DNA of 64,000 bases from Candidatus Spechtbacteria bacterium (GCA_016188605.1 JACPHP010000001.1:1327-65326), one strand, 5' to 3'. Numbered from the stretch's first letter, positions 1 through 9,650 are shown. Notes: generated from the sequence alone by a model not told the origin. Numbers and translations are program-made.

Positions 1-595
1 CATGCACTTGTGCTGGTCCCATTGCTTTGCGGGCAAAATCTTCGGCATACACACGTTGTTCTGGAGAAAGTGTAATATTTTTGTCTTTCAAGTATCGCGT
101 AATTGCGTGTCTTGCAAGATGCGTCATTCCTTCGCCGCGTACTGCTTGCTCGGTTATAAAATCTCCTTGCTGTGATACTGCCGGTCCTTCAACTTGTATT
201 GTTTTTCCGTCAGGCCCAATTTGCACCCGCATATTGGAATTAGCCGATGATATAGATGATACAGGCGCGCTAGAGTCTTTTTGCGACAGGCTGGCTACAA
301 GTTTTTCGGGAAAATTAGTGGAGAATGAAGGCGCGACGCGGAAAGCGATAAACGCGCCAGCCGCAATAAGAGCAATGCCGGCGATAACCATCATCACGCG
401 CGCGCGGTTTTGCTGAAACCAGATTGCAAGCTGAAAGCCCCACCCATTTGTTCGCGCCCTATCCATAATAGTGTAGAAGTCATCCATTACTAAATCATCA
501 CCTGTATTTTTTCCCGATGAAAAACGCGGCCCCTGGTGACCTTGAGAAGGTGAACCGTTTTGTTGTAGTGGAGAATCTTGAGAAAAAGTAAACAT
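1..595 (-). CDS. hypothetical membrane-anchored protein, 3' end truncated by window edge (ATG at 595-593, N-terminal TM helix, Ser-rich linker)
   Basis: Manual reverse translation of 1..595 gives a continuous ORF: MFTFSQDSPLQQNGSPSQGHQG...MVIAGIALIAAGAFIAF...RYLKDKNITLSPEQRVYAEDFARKAMGPAQVH, running off the window. It is not in the ORF track because it has no stop inside the window. The antisense track ORF 27..416 has low-complexity composition. Confidence 0.4.
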   Translation of the reverse strand, partial: MFTFSQDSPLQQNGSPSQGHQGPRFSSGKNTGDDLVMDDFYTIMDRARTNGWGFQLAIWFQQNRARVMMVIAGIALIAAGAFIAFRVAPSFSTNFPEKLVASLSQKDSSAPVSSISSANSNMRVQIGPDGKTIQVEGPAVSQQGDFITEQAVRGEGMTHLARHAITRYLKDKNITLSPEQRVYAEDFARKAMGPAQVH

Positions 596-647
596 AGAGA
601 TACGGAAATAAGGGTTAAAAAACCCTTTTTGGGTCGTCGCTCGCTAG

Positions 648-672
648 GAAGAGAAAGCTTGCTTTCTCTTCT
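648..672. repeat. perfect 10-bp stem hairpin gaagagaaag-cttg-ctttctcttc, flanked by direct repeat gctcgctag
   Basis: Seen directly in the sequence. Function unknown: possible terminator or recombination site. Confidence 0.5.
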
Positions 673-795
673 CTTGCTCGCTAGACAATAATTATAATTA
701 AAAATGAAACGGATAATATCCGTTGTTTTTATCGCTATATTAAAGCGATATGTTTGTTAATGAACAAATTCTATTTCAATAGTTATCAATATAAC

Positions 796-950
796 ATCTC
801 AAATCTCAAATGTTAAATCGCAAAACTAAAACTCAAATCTCTCAGCCAAGGGCTGATCCGCCTCCGGCGGAAAAACTTTTAATCTGACAGAGAGGAGATT
901 GTAGATTTAAGATGCAGATTTAAGATTTGCCATTTGAGATTTGAGATAAA
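796..950. repeat. palindromic heptamer array (aaatctc / gagattt arms) enclosing a REP-like twin-hairpin element
   Basis: Left arm has tandem caaatct-type 7-mers and the right arm has the reverse-complement 7-mers. The same organisation recurs at 58914..59068. Confidence 0.7.
842..875 (+). mobile_element. REP-like twin-hairpin element copy R1 (tCAGCC-aag-GGCTGa-tCCGCC-tcc-GGCGGaaaaa)
   Basis: Two adjacent GC-rich mini-hairpins in AT-rich spacer. Family has about 10 copies in the window. Confidence 0.7.
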
Positions 951-1009
951 AACAATCAAATTTATAGTCTTATTAAAATCTAAGATCTCATACTTAGAAT
1001 TAATACTAT

Positions 1010-2062
1010 TTATTTCTCATTCTGTGCCGCGGATGAAATTACGTCAAGCATTTCATCTAAATCACCATCGAGAATTGCGGTGATGTTGTGCCAATTTTCG
1101 TTAATACGATGATCCGTAACGCGATCTTGAGGAATATTGTATGTGCGAATTTTTTCACTTCGCTCGCCGCTGCCTATTTGAGAACGGCGCGCCTCTCCGC
1201 GCGCTTTTTCTTCTTTTTCACGCTGTTCTTGTAATATGCGGCTACGCAAAATTGTTAGCGCGATCTCTTTGTTTTCCGCTTGCGAGCGTCCGGCTTGCGA
1301 AGCAACGACCGTACCGGTGGGAATGTGGGTTACCCTTACAGCCGAAGATGTTTTATTTACATATTGTCCGCCAGGCCCAGACGCGCGAAAAACGTCTATC
1401 TGTAATTCGTCTTGGCGGATTTGAATATCGATCGGTTTTGCTTTTGGCAAAATTGCCACGGATGCCGTGGATGTATGCACGCGACCCGCTTTTTCTGTTT
1501 CCGGAATACGCTGTACACGATGTACGCCGCTTTCATATTCTAGGCGCGAAAAAGCGCCCTTGCCATGTATTTCACAAACCGCTTCTTTAATGCCGCCAAT
1601 TTCCGTTCTGCTTGAATCTAGAATGGTAAATTTCCAATTTTTGCGTTCGGCATATCGTGTGTACATACGCAGAAGGTTTTGCGCGAACAAGGCCGCCTCA
1701 TCACCACCGACACCAGCTCGTATTTCCATAATCAAATCGTCATATTCTTTATCAGATGTTGTGGGATTAACGAATTCTGTTAGCTGTTTCTCAATGTCAG
1801 CCATTTTTTGTTTATCTTCCCGCGCTGTTTCTGTGGCGAGTTGCGCCATCTCCGGATCGGTTTCTTTCTGAGCCATTTCCTCGTGTTCTTTTATCATTTC
1901 CTCAAGCTCATTGATTTGTTCCTGGAAGGAGACGATCTGCTCTACAAAAGAGTACCTTTTGGACGCTTCTCGCAGTTCTTGGCTAGACGAAAAAGCTCTC
2001 GGGTTGCTTAGTTTACCCGCGAGCTCATCCCGTTCTTTTTTTAGTTCGGAAGTATCATGCAT
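1010..2062 (-). CDS. prfA: peptide chain release factor 1
   Basis: 350 aa. GGQ motif (SGPGGQYVNKT) and the RF1-type tripeptide region RVQRIPETEKAGRVHTS (PxT-type, not the SPF of RF2). Confidence 0.9.
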   Translation of the reverse strand: MHDTSELKKERDELAGKLSNPRAFSSSQELREASKRYSFVEQIVSFQEQINELEEMIKEHEEMAQKETDPEMAQLATETAREDKQKMADIEKQLTEFVNPTTSDKEYDDLIMEIRAGVGGDEAALFAQNLLRMYTRYAERKNWKFTILDSSRTEIGGIKEAVCEIHGKGAFSRLEYESGVHRVQRIPETEKAGRVHTSTASVAILPKAKPIDIQIRQDELQIDVFRASGPGGQYVNKTSSAVRVTHIPTGTVVASQAGRSQAENKEIALTILRSRILQEQREKEEKARGEARRSQIGSGERSEKIRTYNIPQDRVTDHRINENWHNITAILDGDLDEMLDVISSAAQNEK

Positions 2063-2097
2063 AGCTATGATTTGAGAAGCTGGACATGAATTATATC

Positions 2098-2177
2098 ATC
2101 AACGAATAACGAATCTGTTACGAATAAACGAATTGACCAGCATTCGTAATTTAGCGCGGGATTCGCTATTCGTTGAT
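2098..2177. mobile_element. MITE family A copy 1 (TIR ATCAACGAATAACGAAT ... ATTCGCTATTCGTTGAT)
   Basis: 17-bp terminal inverted repeats seen directly, with internal cgaata 7-mer sub-repeats. Fills the prfA-rpmE spacer. Confidence 0.75.
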
Positions 2178-2191
2178 GATGCCATTGAAAA

Positions 2192-2410
2192 TTATTTCGT
2201 CTTCAGATCCTCATGTTTCTCCGCTCGTTTACGGAAACGTTCTACGCGGCTGCCTCGTAACGCGCTCTGCGCGCCGGTGTAGAAAGGATGGCAGGCGCTG
2301 CAGGTTTCTATCTCAATAGATTCTTTGGTCGCGCCAATAGTAAAAGTAACGCCGCAGGCGCAGGTTACTTTGGCATTAGGGAAATATTTAGGATGAATAT
2401 CTTTTTTCAT
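2192..2410 (-). CDS. rpmE: 50S ribosomal protein L31
   Basis: 72 aa. MKKDIHPKY N-terminus and a C-x-C...C-x-x-H zinc pattern typical of L31. Confidence 0.85.
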   Translation of the reverse strand: MKKDIHPKYFPNAKVTCACGVTFTIGATKESIEIETCSACHPFYTGAQSALRGSRVERFRKRAEKHEDLKTK

Positions 2411-2562
2411 AGGATTGAATGAATTTAGTAAGTGTTCCGATTTCTTTTATATAATAGGCGAAAACCGGTATTTTGTAAATCTGGCAGGAAAAAATAGGCA
2501 AGGCGGGAGGCTAACAAGCCCCCGCCTCGTAGGATAAGCAGCAGTCCACCTTGGGGTTATTG

Positions 2563-3087
2563 TTAACTGGCAGAGTTTTTTTGGGGAAGCGACGCGGAGA
2601 TCGTTGAAATAGCGCTGCGAAGCAATGAAATAATGTCACTGCGAAACCGCACCATCTCGTTGCCAACAAAAAACACACTAACACTCAACAGTGGATGTGG
2701 CCACACCTCATCTAGCACCTTACTTTGACCAATATGGAAAGAGGAAAATGTTAGGAGTGCTAGGAACAAGCTCCACCATGCCACAAAGAATACTTCCCCT
2801 GGCTTGCGCTTGAGGGCTCCATTGCACTTTGCCTTATAAACTTCCTTTGTGCCGAGGTATACTCCCAAGAGTATAAGGTATATCTCGTTTAGCATTGTCG
2901 GCGCTTGGGCAAACCACTGGAAGCCCGCAAAACGCAGAAGGATAATGACAAGATACAGTACAGTAATTCCCGCGCTGAAGCAGAAAAGAAAGTTTTTTAT
3001 ATTTTCCGCAATGACAACGGCATCCACCGTCGCATTGCTATTACCGTTACCATTAAGCAGCGTGTCCGGCTGGGTAGTCATAGCCAT
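2563..3087 (-). CDS. hypothetical polytopic membrane protein
   Basis: 174 aa ORF with several hydrophobic helices and an Asn/Gly-rich N-terminus. No recognisable family. Confidence 0.45.
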   Translation of the reverse strand: MAMTTQPDTLLNGNGNSNATVDAVVIAENIKNFLFCFSAGITVLYLVIILLRFAGFQWFAQAPTMLNEIYLILLGVYLGTKEVYKAKCNGALKRKPGEVFFVAWWSLFLALLTFSSFHIGQSKVLDEVWPHPLLSVSVFFVGNEMVRFRSDIISLLRSAISTISASLPQKNSAS

Positions 3088-3220
3088 CCTCCCTCACTGG
3101 TTTTGTTGAAATGTGCTGTATATGGCTTATATCACGATTATCTGCTAAACACAAGCCCCTGCAGAGGAACTGCTCACACCTCTTAAAGATGACGTTACGT
3201 TGAGATTAAACCTCGCCAGA

Positions 3221-3332
3221 TTCCATTGTTTCATTGCTCTATCGTTACATTGTTACATTGTTTCATTGTTGCATGGTTTCATGGTTACATAAACAATGAA
3301 ACAATGGAGCAATGAAGGGTCAATGGGAGCGG
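3221..3332. repeat. palindromic heptamer array (cattgtt / aacaatg arms)
   Basis: ccattgtttcattgctc...cattgttacattgtttcattgttgc ... acaatgaaacaatggagcaatgaag. Inverted arms seen directly. Confidence 0.65.
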
Positions 3333-3444
3333 TCGGTAATAACTGCTCATGCGTCTTCAAAAATGGTTTATGTAAGCCAAATCATTATTTAGGGGTGTGA
3401 GAGGGGTTCCCTCCGCAGAGATGGGGCGCGCGCGTAAGTAAGTA

Positions 3445-4413
3445 TTGCGTACTATTAAATGTTCTGCTATACTTTTTGATATGTTAGAAAAAATTCAATT
3501 TACCCCCTTAGATCCTCAAAACTCCAGCTCTCAAGTTGTAGATGAGGGATATATAAGGTCAAACAACAATCCCGTTTCCCGTATTGTTAATCTAACGGGG
3601 TTTACAGATGAAGTGGATGCATCAAACGTTTCAGCGAAGTCCAGTCTCGCCAAGCCGAGGCCTTTGGCGGAGGATGGTCTCGCGCAAGGCTACAGCGAGA
3701 CGAAGCCAGGAATAATAGAGCCTGTTTCGCAAGAAATTGCAAATTTGTTTGCTCGCGGAGCGCATTTTGGGCACCAAAAATCGTACGTGCATCCGTCTAT
3801 GATGCCATACATTGTGGGCGTTAGAAACAACGTGCACATTATTGATGTACAGCAAACATTAGACAAATTAGAGGTAGCGCGAAATTTTCTTAGCACTCAA
3901 GCAACTCAAGGGAAAATTATTCTTTTCGTGGGTACCAAATTACCTGTTCGCGGTTTGGTTAAAAAGTATGCGGAAGAAGCAGGAATGCCATATATTATCG
4001 AACGATGGGCAGGTGGCATTTTAACCAACTGGAAAACTATTTCTTTGCGCGTTGAGTATTATCGCGACCTTGAGGCAAAGACCAAATCTGAAGATTGGGA
4101 AAAGTATCCTAAAATTGAGCGTTTGCACATGGAAGAGGAACTCGGACGGCTTGCAAGAGATTGGGGAGGTATTCATGATATGAAAAAGCAACCGGATGTC
4201 GTTGTGGTTGTTGATATGCATAGCGATAGTTTGGCGGTCGCAGAAGCAAATAAGCTCGATATTCCAGTTGTCGCGATTGCAGACACCAATATTAATGTCA
4301 ATTTGGCAACTTATCCAATTCCTGCAAGCGACGATTCTCTCGCAAGCGTGGAGTTTATACTAGAGAAGTTGGCTGAGGCAATTACTAAGGGGAAGAGCAA
4401 GGTGAGTCAATAG
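3445..4413 (+). CDS. rpsB: 30S ribosomal protein S2 with a roughly 100-aa non-conserved N-terminal extension (true start uncertain; possible internal TTG near 3655)
   Basis: Conserved S2 core (GAHFGHQKSYVHPSMMPYIVG ... VVVVDMHSDSLAVAEANKLDIPVVAIADTN) begins about aa 100. The rpsB-tsf order is conserved. Confidence 0.8.
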   Translation: MRTIKCSAILFDMLEKIQFTPLDPQNSSSQVVDEGYIRSNNNPVSRIVNLTGFTDEVDASNVSAKSSLAKPRPLAEDGLAQGYSETKPGIIEPVSQEIANLFARGAHFGHQKSYVHPSMMPYIVGVRNNVHIIDVQQTLDKLEVARNFLSTQATQGKIILFVGTKLPVRGLVKKYAEEAGMPYIIERWAGGILTNWKTISLRVEYYRDLEAKTKSEDWEKYPKIERLHMEEELGRLARDWGGIHDMKKQPDVVVVVDMHSDSLAVAEANKLDIPVVAIADTNINVNLATYPIPASDDSLASVEFILEKLAEAITKGKSKVSQ

Positions 4414-4440
4414 ATCATTTGAAGAAAATAGGTAGGCGCG

Positions 4441-4498
4441 AATAGTGAAGACAGAATCATGAATCATGAATACTGCACCTCACTATTCATAATTCATC
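4441..4498. repeat. interleaved inverted repeats (aatagtga/tcactatt and gaatcatgaatcatgaata/tattcataattcat) in the rpsB-tsf spacer
   Basis: Seen directly. Heptamer gaatcat units. Confidence 0.65.
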
Positions 4499-4505
4499 TT
4501 TTTTT

Positions 4506-5093
4506 ATGTCTATTTCTGCCCAACAAGTTCAGGAACTACGCCAAGCATCGGGCGCGGGTGTTATGGATGTGAAGCAAGCTCTTGAGGAAGCTGGTGGTGA
4601 TATACAAATTGCGCGTGATATTTTGCGTAAGAAGGGAATGATTAAGGCGGCTAAAAAAATGGAACGTGAAACACACGAAGGCCGCGTTGAAGCATATATT
4701 CATGCAAATAATAAAGTCGGAGTATTGTTGAAGCTTTATTGCGAAACAGATTTTGTCGCGCAAAACGAACAGTTTGCTCAGCTTGCGCACGATCTTGTGT
4801 TGCACATCGCGGCATCAAATCCTCAATATGTTTCTCCAGCCGACGTTCCCGCGCAAATTTTGGACAACGAACGCCGTATTTATACAGAGCAATTGCAGGG
4901 ATTGCAAAAGCCGACCGATGTTTTAGCGCAAATTATTGAAGGAAAGATAGAGAAGTTTATGCAAGAAGTCGCGCTCACCAAACAGCCATTCGTTAAAGAT
5001 CTGGATAAAACCGTGGAAGATGTTATTAACGAGGCAATTGCAAAAATAGGGGAGAATATTCAGATTGGGGGATTTGTGCGTTATGAGCTCTAA
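4506..5093 (+). CDS. tsf: elongation factor Ts
   Basis: 195 aa. N-terminal UBA-like region (LRQASGAGVMDVKQALEEAGGDIQIARDILRKKG) and EF-Ts core. Confidence 0.9.
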   Translation: MSISAQQVQELRQASGAGVMDVKQALEEAGGDIQIARDILRKKGMIKAAKKMERETHEGRVEAYIHANNKVGVLLKLYCETDFVAQNEQFAQLAHDLVLHIAASNPQYVSPADVPAQILDNERRIYTEQLQGLQKPTDVLAQIIEGKIEKFMQEVALTKQPFVKDLDKTVEDVINEAIAKIGENIQIGGFVRYEL

Positions 5094-5098
5094 ATCTA

Positions 5099-5195
5099 GA
5101 ATAGTGAATCACGAATCATGAATTATGAATTATGAATCACGTCAGTTAGCATTTATGATTCACAATTCATGATCCCATATTCATTTTTTATTCAT
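5099..5195. repeat. palindromic heptamer array (gaatcat/gaattat units) related to 4441..4498
   Basis: aatagtgaatcacgaatcatgaattatgaattatgaatcac ... atttatgattcacaattcatgatcccatattcat. Confidence 0.65.
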
Positions 5196-6009
5196 GCTTT
5201 CTTTTTTCCCCCACATTCTTTTTTTACTAAGCGTAGCTGGTATCATCATCATTTTTGGTAAAAAACTCCCGACGCTTAAAAATACTACGGATGTCGAGCC
5301 ATTGAATTATGAGGCAACAACATCTTTTTTGTATGACGTGTTTCGTTCCGCGCATATTTTGTTTAGTCGTTTTTTTGGATACTCGCAACGAGAAAAGGTA
5401 TTTATCTATTTAGAAAAATTGCTTCGCAAAGTAAAGGTGCTTCTGATGCGTTGGGAAAATAAGCTGAGCAAAGCATTAGAGTATTTTTCAACTCGTTCTT
5501 CGCAGCGTATTTTGAAGGAAAGATTTGACCAAGAATCCAAACACAGAATTAGCTGGGACGACATTCGTCAAACAGAGGGAAATTTTTTCTCTGCCAAGCC
5601 GAAGTCTTCGGCGAAGGATGGTTTTAAGAAGATAGCTGATCCTATATTGGCAAGCTCAAATTCAGACGCTGATCTAAATGTTATTGTACGGCAAAAGAAG
5701 AAATCCGCCCCCATCTCGTCTAATTGGGGTTCCGGCGAGGTAGACAGAAAATCTAAAAGCAGTAAACAGGAGCAGTCAGTCCAGATTTCTCCAGTTTCAA
5801 TCGTAAGCACAAATTCCGAAGAAGAAGAATTTTGGCTAAGTGTTCTTAGGCAAAATCCACACAACCCTCATCCATATAAAAAATTAGGCGAGATATATAT
5901 GAACCGCGGTGAATATCATGAGGCGAAGGCAGCGTTTGTGTATGTTTTGAAGCGAAATCCCGATGATCAGGAAACTATGAAATGGCTTGAGAATATAAAA
6001 AGGAAGTAA
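5194..6009 (+). CDS. hypothetical protein: N-terminal TM helix, Lys/Ser-rich middle, C-terminal TPR-like helix pair
   Basis: 271 aa. C-terminus YKKLGEIYMNRGEYHEAKAAFVYVLKRNPDDQETMKWLENI resembles one TPR unit. Confidence 0.5.
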   Translation: MLSFFPHILFLLSVAGIIIIFGKKLPTLKNTTDVEPLNYEATTSFLYDVFRSAHILFSRFFGYSQREKVFIYLEKLLRKVKVLLMRWENKLSKALEYFSTRSSQRILKERFDQESKHRISWDDIRQTEGNFFSAKPKSSAKDGFKKIADPILASSNSDADLNVIVRQKKKSAPISSNWGSGEVDRKSKSSKQEQSVQISPVSIVSTNSEEEEFWLSVLRQNPHNPHPYKKLGEIYMNRGEYHEAKAAFVYVLKRNPDDQETMKWLENIKRK

Positions 6010-6048
6010 GGGCTAGTATTTAAGATTTCTTGGTTTATATTCAATTTA

Positions 6049-6121
6049 GCCAGCGTAGCTCAGTTGGTAGAGCAACACTTTTGTAAAGTGAAGGTCGTCG
6101 GTTCGAATCCGACCGCTGGCT
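6049..6121 (+). tRNA. tRNA-Thr (anticodon UGU); CCA not encoded
   Basis: Manual fold: acceptor GCCAGCG/CGCTGGC, D-arm GCTC-AGTTGGTA-GAGC, anticodon stem ACACT/AGTGA with loop TTTGTAA (U33, anticodon TGT, A37), T-arm GTCGG-TTCGAATC-CGACC, discriminator T. Confidence 0.85.
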
Positions 6122-6180
6122 CATTGGCATCTTTAATGTGGGTTGGGCGGAAGAAGTAAAATAAGTGCGGTAGAAATAGC

Positions 6181-6211
6181 AATGCCCTCAACAACAGTCG
6201 AGGGCATTTCG
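6181..6211. terminator. 9-bp stem hairpin (aatgccctc ... gagggcatt) 3' of the GC-rich minus-strand gene
   Basis: Seen directly. Lies immediately downstream of the 6213 stop on the minus strand. Confidence 0.5.
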
Positions 6212-6212
6212 T

Positions 6213-6887
6213 TTAGCGACTACCGCAAGACGCGGAACCCCAGCGGCCATCCGAGTCGCCGACCCCGTACCAGAAGAGCCTCGGCCGATCGCCGCCGTCC
6301 AGATAGACATTCGGCACCCCGTCGGCGGACTCGTAGCGGGAGCCGGTAGCCCACACATAGTGCCGCGAGAGCACATCCGTGTGAGTGGTGAGCGCCATGA
6401 CCTCGGCGGCAGTGAGCGGAGACCGCTTCTGCTGCTTGAGGATTTTCTCGGCGTTCTCCGGCGACTTGCCGCGCGTGCTGTTGCCGTCCTCGACATCGTA
6501 GATGTAGTAGGGCTCGCTGGGAGCGTCCACCACATCGGAGATCGCGGTCGGGTTGAGATAGGTGTAGCCCACCTTCCCGCCGTTCTTGACCATCGCCATG
6601 AGGTCGTAGGGGCTCCGATACGAACGGGGGATGACCGGGAGGAACGGAATGTTGCCGTCTCCGATCGCCACCTCGCTCGCCTTCTTCACCACTGCGCCCT
6701 TCTGGTTCTGGAGGATCTCCACGATCTGCTCTGGGACGCCGCGATCCTTGAGAGTCGCGATCTGAGCATCGAAGAGCTTCTCGAGGTCGTTCCGCTTGGC
6801 CTGCGCCACCGCGTCATCGAACTTCTCCGGGTCGGCCTCTCGCAAGAGGGCGACCAACCTCCCGATCAACTGAAACTGATTTACCAT
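6213..6887 (-). CDS. hypothetical protein encoded on a roughly 62 % GC island (likely horizontally acquired); family not recognised
   Basis: 224 aa with strongly GC3-biased codons, unlike all neighbours. Strong SD GGAGGAA 6 nt upstream of ATG at 6887. The island starts 19 nt after tRNA-Thr. Confidence 0.7.
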   Translation of the reverse strand: MVNQFQLIGRLVALLREADPEKFDDAVAQAKRNDLEKLFDAQIATLKDRGVPEQIVEILQNQKGAVVKKASEVAIGDGNIPFLPVIPRSYRSPYDLMAMVKNGGKVGYTYLNPTAISDVVDAPSEPYYIYDVEDGNSTRGKSPENAEKILKQQKRSPLTAAEVMALTTHTDVLSRHYVWATGSRYESADGVPNVYLDGGDRPRLFWYGVGDSDGRWGSASCGSR

Positions 6888-6908
6888 CTGTCCTTCCTCC
6901 TTCTGGAC

Positions 6909-6928
6909 TTTTCCGCCAAAGGCGGATC
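6909..6928 (-). mobile_element. partial/degenerate REP-like element copy R2 (ttttCCGCCaaaGGCGGatc)
   Basis: CCGCC-aaa-GGCGG hairpin preceded by tttt, matching one half of the twin-hairpin element. Confidence 0.5.
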
Positions 6929-6938
6929 TGTCTCTGGC

Positions 6939-8015
6939 ATGACACTTTCTGCGTTATGTATAACAAAATTCTGCCTCCTGTCAAGTACCCCGGGTAATGT
7001 GCCGCACATTACCAGCAGTTACATCAAATGCAGAGAAATATGGTATAATAACCTCGTGAATAATTTATTCGTTGACAAATTACGCGATAATTTTTCAGCC
7101 ACTCCACGCAATCAATATATAGCGTCTGCTTTTTTGATTTTTGCGACGTTTGCAATGTGGGAAGGGGTGAATGTTTTGGTTTCTGGGTCTGAAATCGCAG
7201 ATATTCATCTGATAATTGGGCTTATTGGTTTTACCCTATGGTCCGCGCTATTTGCTCTAAGCTTTCTTTTGCTTGATCCGCCGTGGCTTGCATACATTGT
7301 ATATATTATTACAAGTATCGTGCTTCTCGCATTGTTCGGCTGGCAGCAATGGCCTATCGTTGGTGTTGCTTCGTTCTTAATTTTTACGGTGTCCGCGCGC
7401 CAAAGTGTTACAAATGAGCGTGAATTACTTGCATCGTTTAGATTGAGCCGCTTTGTTAAAAAGGGATTGTCGTCATTTTTTACCGGCGTTGCCATACTGC
7501 TCGCGTTCGTTTATTATTTTTCTCCGTACGGAGCAGCAAACTTGCGGCCGGAAATTCCGCGCGCGGTAGTTGATCTCTCATTTATTCCAATAGACGTTAT
7601 TGCCGCAACAACAATCTACGGCTACGAACCAGGAGCAACTGTCGGCCAGTTCCAATCGTTGATGATCCAAAATCTTTTGCCAATATTAACTCACAGTACC
7701 GGACCGGTTCAAATTACAGAAGATGTGAAAAAAAATTTCAGCGTGATTAAAGATGAAAAAACGCTCGGAATGCCCCTGCCCCAATTTATATACGAGCAGT
7801 CAAACGCCTATCTTGCAAAATTCGTTGAGCCGTATAAAAGCTATTTGCCAATATTTTTCGTGCTTACTTCATTCTTGACTTTTAAATTATTGAGTATACC
7901 ATTTGTATGGTTTACTCAGCTTGCCGCGTGGGGTTTAATGAAGCTATTTATTGCACTCGGTATAGCAGGGTTTAATAAGGAAATAATAGAAAAAGACAGG
8001 CTGGTGTTGAAGTAA
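6939..8015 (+). CDS. hypothetical polytopic membrane protein (start chosen at first ATG outside the GC island)
   Basis: Track ORF 6360..8015 runs antisense through the GC-rich gene for its first about 190 codons. The hydrophobic multi-TM sequence begins about 6939. Confidence 0.5.
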   Translation: MTLSALCITKFCLLSSTPGNVPHITSSYIKCREIWYNNLVNNLFVDKLRDNFSATPRNQYIASAFLIFATFAMWEGVNVLVSGSEIADIHLIIGLIGFTLWSALFALSFLLLDPPWLAYIVYIITSIVLLALFGWQQWPIVGVASFLIFTVSARQSVTNERELLASFRLSRFVKKGLSSFFTGVAILLAFVYYFSPYGAANLRPEIPRAVVDLSFIPIDVIAATTIYGYEPGATVGQFQSLMIQNLLPILTHSTGPVQITEDVKKNFSVIKDEKTLGMPLPQFIYEQSNAYLAKFVEPYKSYLPIFFVLTSFLTFKLLSIPFVWFTQLAAWGLMKLFIALGIAGFNKEIIEKDRLVLK

Positions 8016-8028
8016 AACAATTAATGAA

Positions 8029-9111
8029 ATGGAAAAAGATTATTATAAGATATTGGGCCTTGAAAAAAGAGCCTCAAAAGACGATATCAAAAAGGCCTAT
8101 CGCAAGCTTGCGCACCAATATCATCCCGATAAACAAGGCGGAGATGAAAAGAAGTTTAAAGAAATAAACGAAGCCTATCAAGTATTGTCTGATGACACTA
8201 AGCGTGCTCGGTACGATCAGTTCGGCTCCGCTTTTGAGCAACAAGGAGGATTTAGTGGTTTCGGCGGCGCTGGCTTTGGTCGGGGCGGTGGAGCATGGCA
8301 AGGCGATATAAATGATATTTTCCGTGAGTTTTTTGGCGGCGGCCACGATGGTTTTGGCGCGGGCTTTGGAGGCGGTCAAACGCCAAGACAACGCGGTAGC
8401 GATATTTCTATAGATGTCGAGCTTACGCTCGAGCAGGCATTTAGCGGAATCGATCACACTGCTCACCTAAAGAAGTTTGCAAAATGTTCACGTTGTGAAG
8501 GTAGGCGAGGAGAGCCTGGCACGTCTGTTAAAACTTGTTCAAAATGTGACGGTAAGGGAGAGATTCGCCATGTGCAAAACACTATTTTGGGTTCATTTGC
8601 CAGCATGCAAACATGTCCGCAGTGCGGCGGCATAGGTACGATAGCGGAAAAGCCATGCAAGCAGTGTCGCGGTACTGGACGGGAACAGCAGGTTGAAAAG
8701 ATTACATTCAATATTCCAGCAGGGATCTCTGACGGGGAAATGGTGCGTGTTTCAGGCAAGGGTGAGTATGATATAAATGGCGCGGGCGATTTATATGCTA
8801 GAATATATATTAAAAAACACCCCGTGTTTATAAGAAAGGAGAGCGATCTTTACAGCACAATAACAATACCAATGACAGAAGCAATTTTAGGTGGTGAAAA
8901 AAGTGTCAGGGTAATTGATGGAAACGGTAAGCTAGAAATACCAGCGGGAATTCAGTCTGGCACATTGTTGAAGTTAAGCGGCAAGGGCATGTCTAGCCCT
9001 CAGCGCGGCGGCAGAGGCAATCATTTCTTTCAAGTAATCGTGGAAACACCAAAGAAAGTTTCCAGGCGGGCAAAAGAGTTGTTACAAGGGCTACAAAAAG
9101 AAGGATTATAA
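8029..9111 (+). CDS. dnaJ: chaperone DnaJ
   Basis: J-domain with HPD (AHQYHPDKQ), G/F-rich linker, and four CxxCxGxG zinc-finger repeats (CSRCEG, CSKCDG, CPQCGG, CKQCRG). Confidence 0.9.
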   Translation: MEKDYYKILGLEKRASKDDIKKAYRKLAHQYHPDKQGGDEKKFKEINEAYQVLSDDTKRARYDQFGSAFEQQGGFSGFGGAGFGRGGGAWQGDINDIFREFFGGGHDGFGAGFGGGQTPRQRGSDISIDVELTLEQAFSGIDHTAHLKKFAKCSRCEGRRGEPGTSVKTCSKCDGKGEIRHVQNTILGSFASMQTCPQCGGIGTIAEKPCKQCRGTGREQQVEKITFNIPAGISDGEMVRVSGKGEYDINGAGDLYARIYIKKHPVFIRKESDLYSTITIPMTEAILGGEKSVRVIDGNGKLEIPAGIQSGTLLKLSGKGMSSPQRGGRGNHFFQVIVETPKKVSRRAKELLQGLQKEGL

Positions 9112-9112
9112 T

Positions 9113-9646
9113 ATGAGCTTTTTAAAATCTTTTTCTTTTCCGTCAATTCACACTCCATTCCAGTTTTCTCTTGATTTGGGAATCGTTGTATTTGGTCTTA
9201 TCGCGTTATTTCTGTATTGCATGTCTATCGGGCGAAAGCGTATCACGGTTTTACTTTTGAGCGGATACATAGCTCGAGTAGTATTTCAGGTTTTGCCATT
9301 TGATGTGAGCGCGAAGGTGTATTCTTTTAATACCAATTTTTTTTCATGGATAATGGGGCTGCTGTTTTTAATCCTGGTTGCTATAATATATTTTTTGCTA
9401 GCTGGATCGGCTTTGCGCATGGCTTTGCGCCTGCCTAATAATGGCGACGCATCGTGGTGGCATATTATCTTGCTTAGCCTGATTACGTCTGGATTTTTTA
9501 TGGCAACTTTGTTACATTTAATGACGGATGGCACAGCCCTTTCATCTACCGTCAAGATGGCGTTTTTCTCGCCTTACGCGTTATTTGGCTGGACGGTAGC
9601 GCCAATTATTGCAATTGCATTGGTACGGCGAGGAGGGACGGAATAA
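9113..9646 (+). CDS. hypothetical membrane protein (start 1 nt after dnaJ stop, so translationally coupled)
   Basis: 177 aa with 4-5 hydrophobic helices. Confidence 0.5.
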   Translation: MSFLKSFSFPSIHTPFQFSLDLGIVVFGLIALFLYCMSIGRKRITVLLLSGYIARVVFQVLPFDVSAKVYSFNTNFFSWIMGLLFLILVAIIYFLLAGSALRMALRLPNNGDASWWHIILLSLITSGFFMATLLHLMTDGTALSSTVKMAFFSPYALFGWTVAPIIAIALVRRGGTE

Positions 9647-9650
9647 ATCC

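Noticed and set aside
27-416. Track ORF 27..416 (+), 129 aa
   Set aside because: Cys/Ser-rich low-complexity product. It is fully antisense to a longer, more protein-like minus-strand ORF (1..595) with TM helix and start codon.
3340-3440. GC-rich patch upstream of rpsB as RNase P, SRP or another structured ncRNA
   Set aside because: No recognisable conserved motifs (for example GGAAAGUCCGG for RNase P), and too short. Left as a possible leader structure only.
6360-6938. N-terminal 190 codons of track ORF 6360..8015 (+)
   Set aside because: This part is the antisense strand of the high-GC foreign gene, where open frames arise by chance at high GC. The membrane protein more plausibly begins at ATG 6939.
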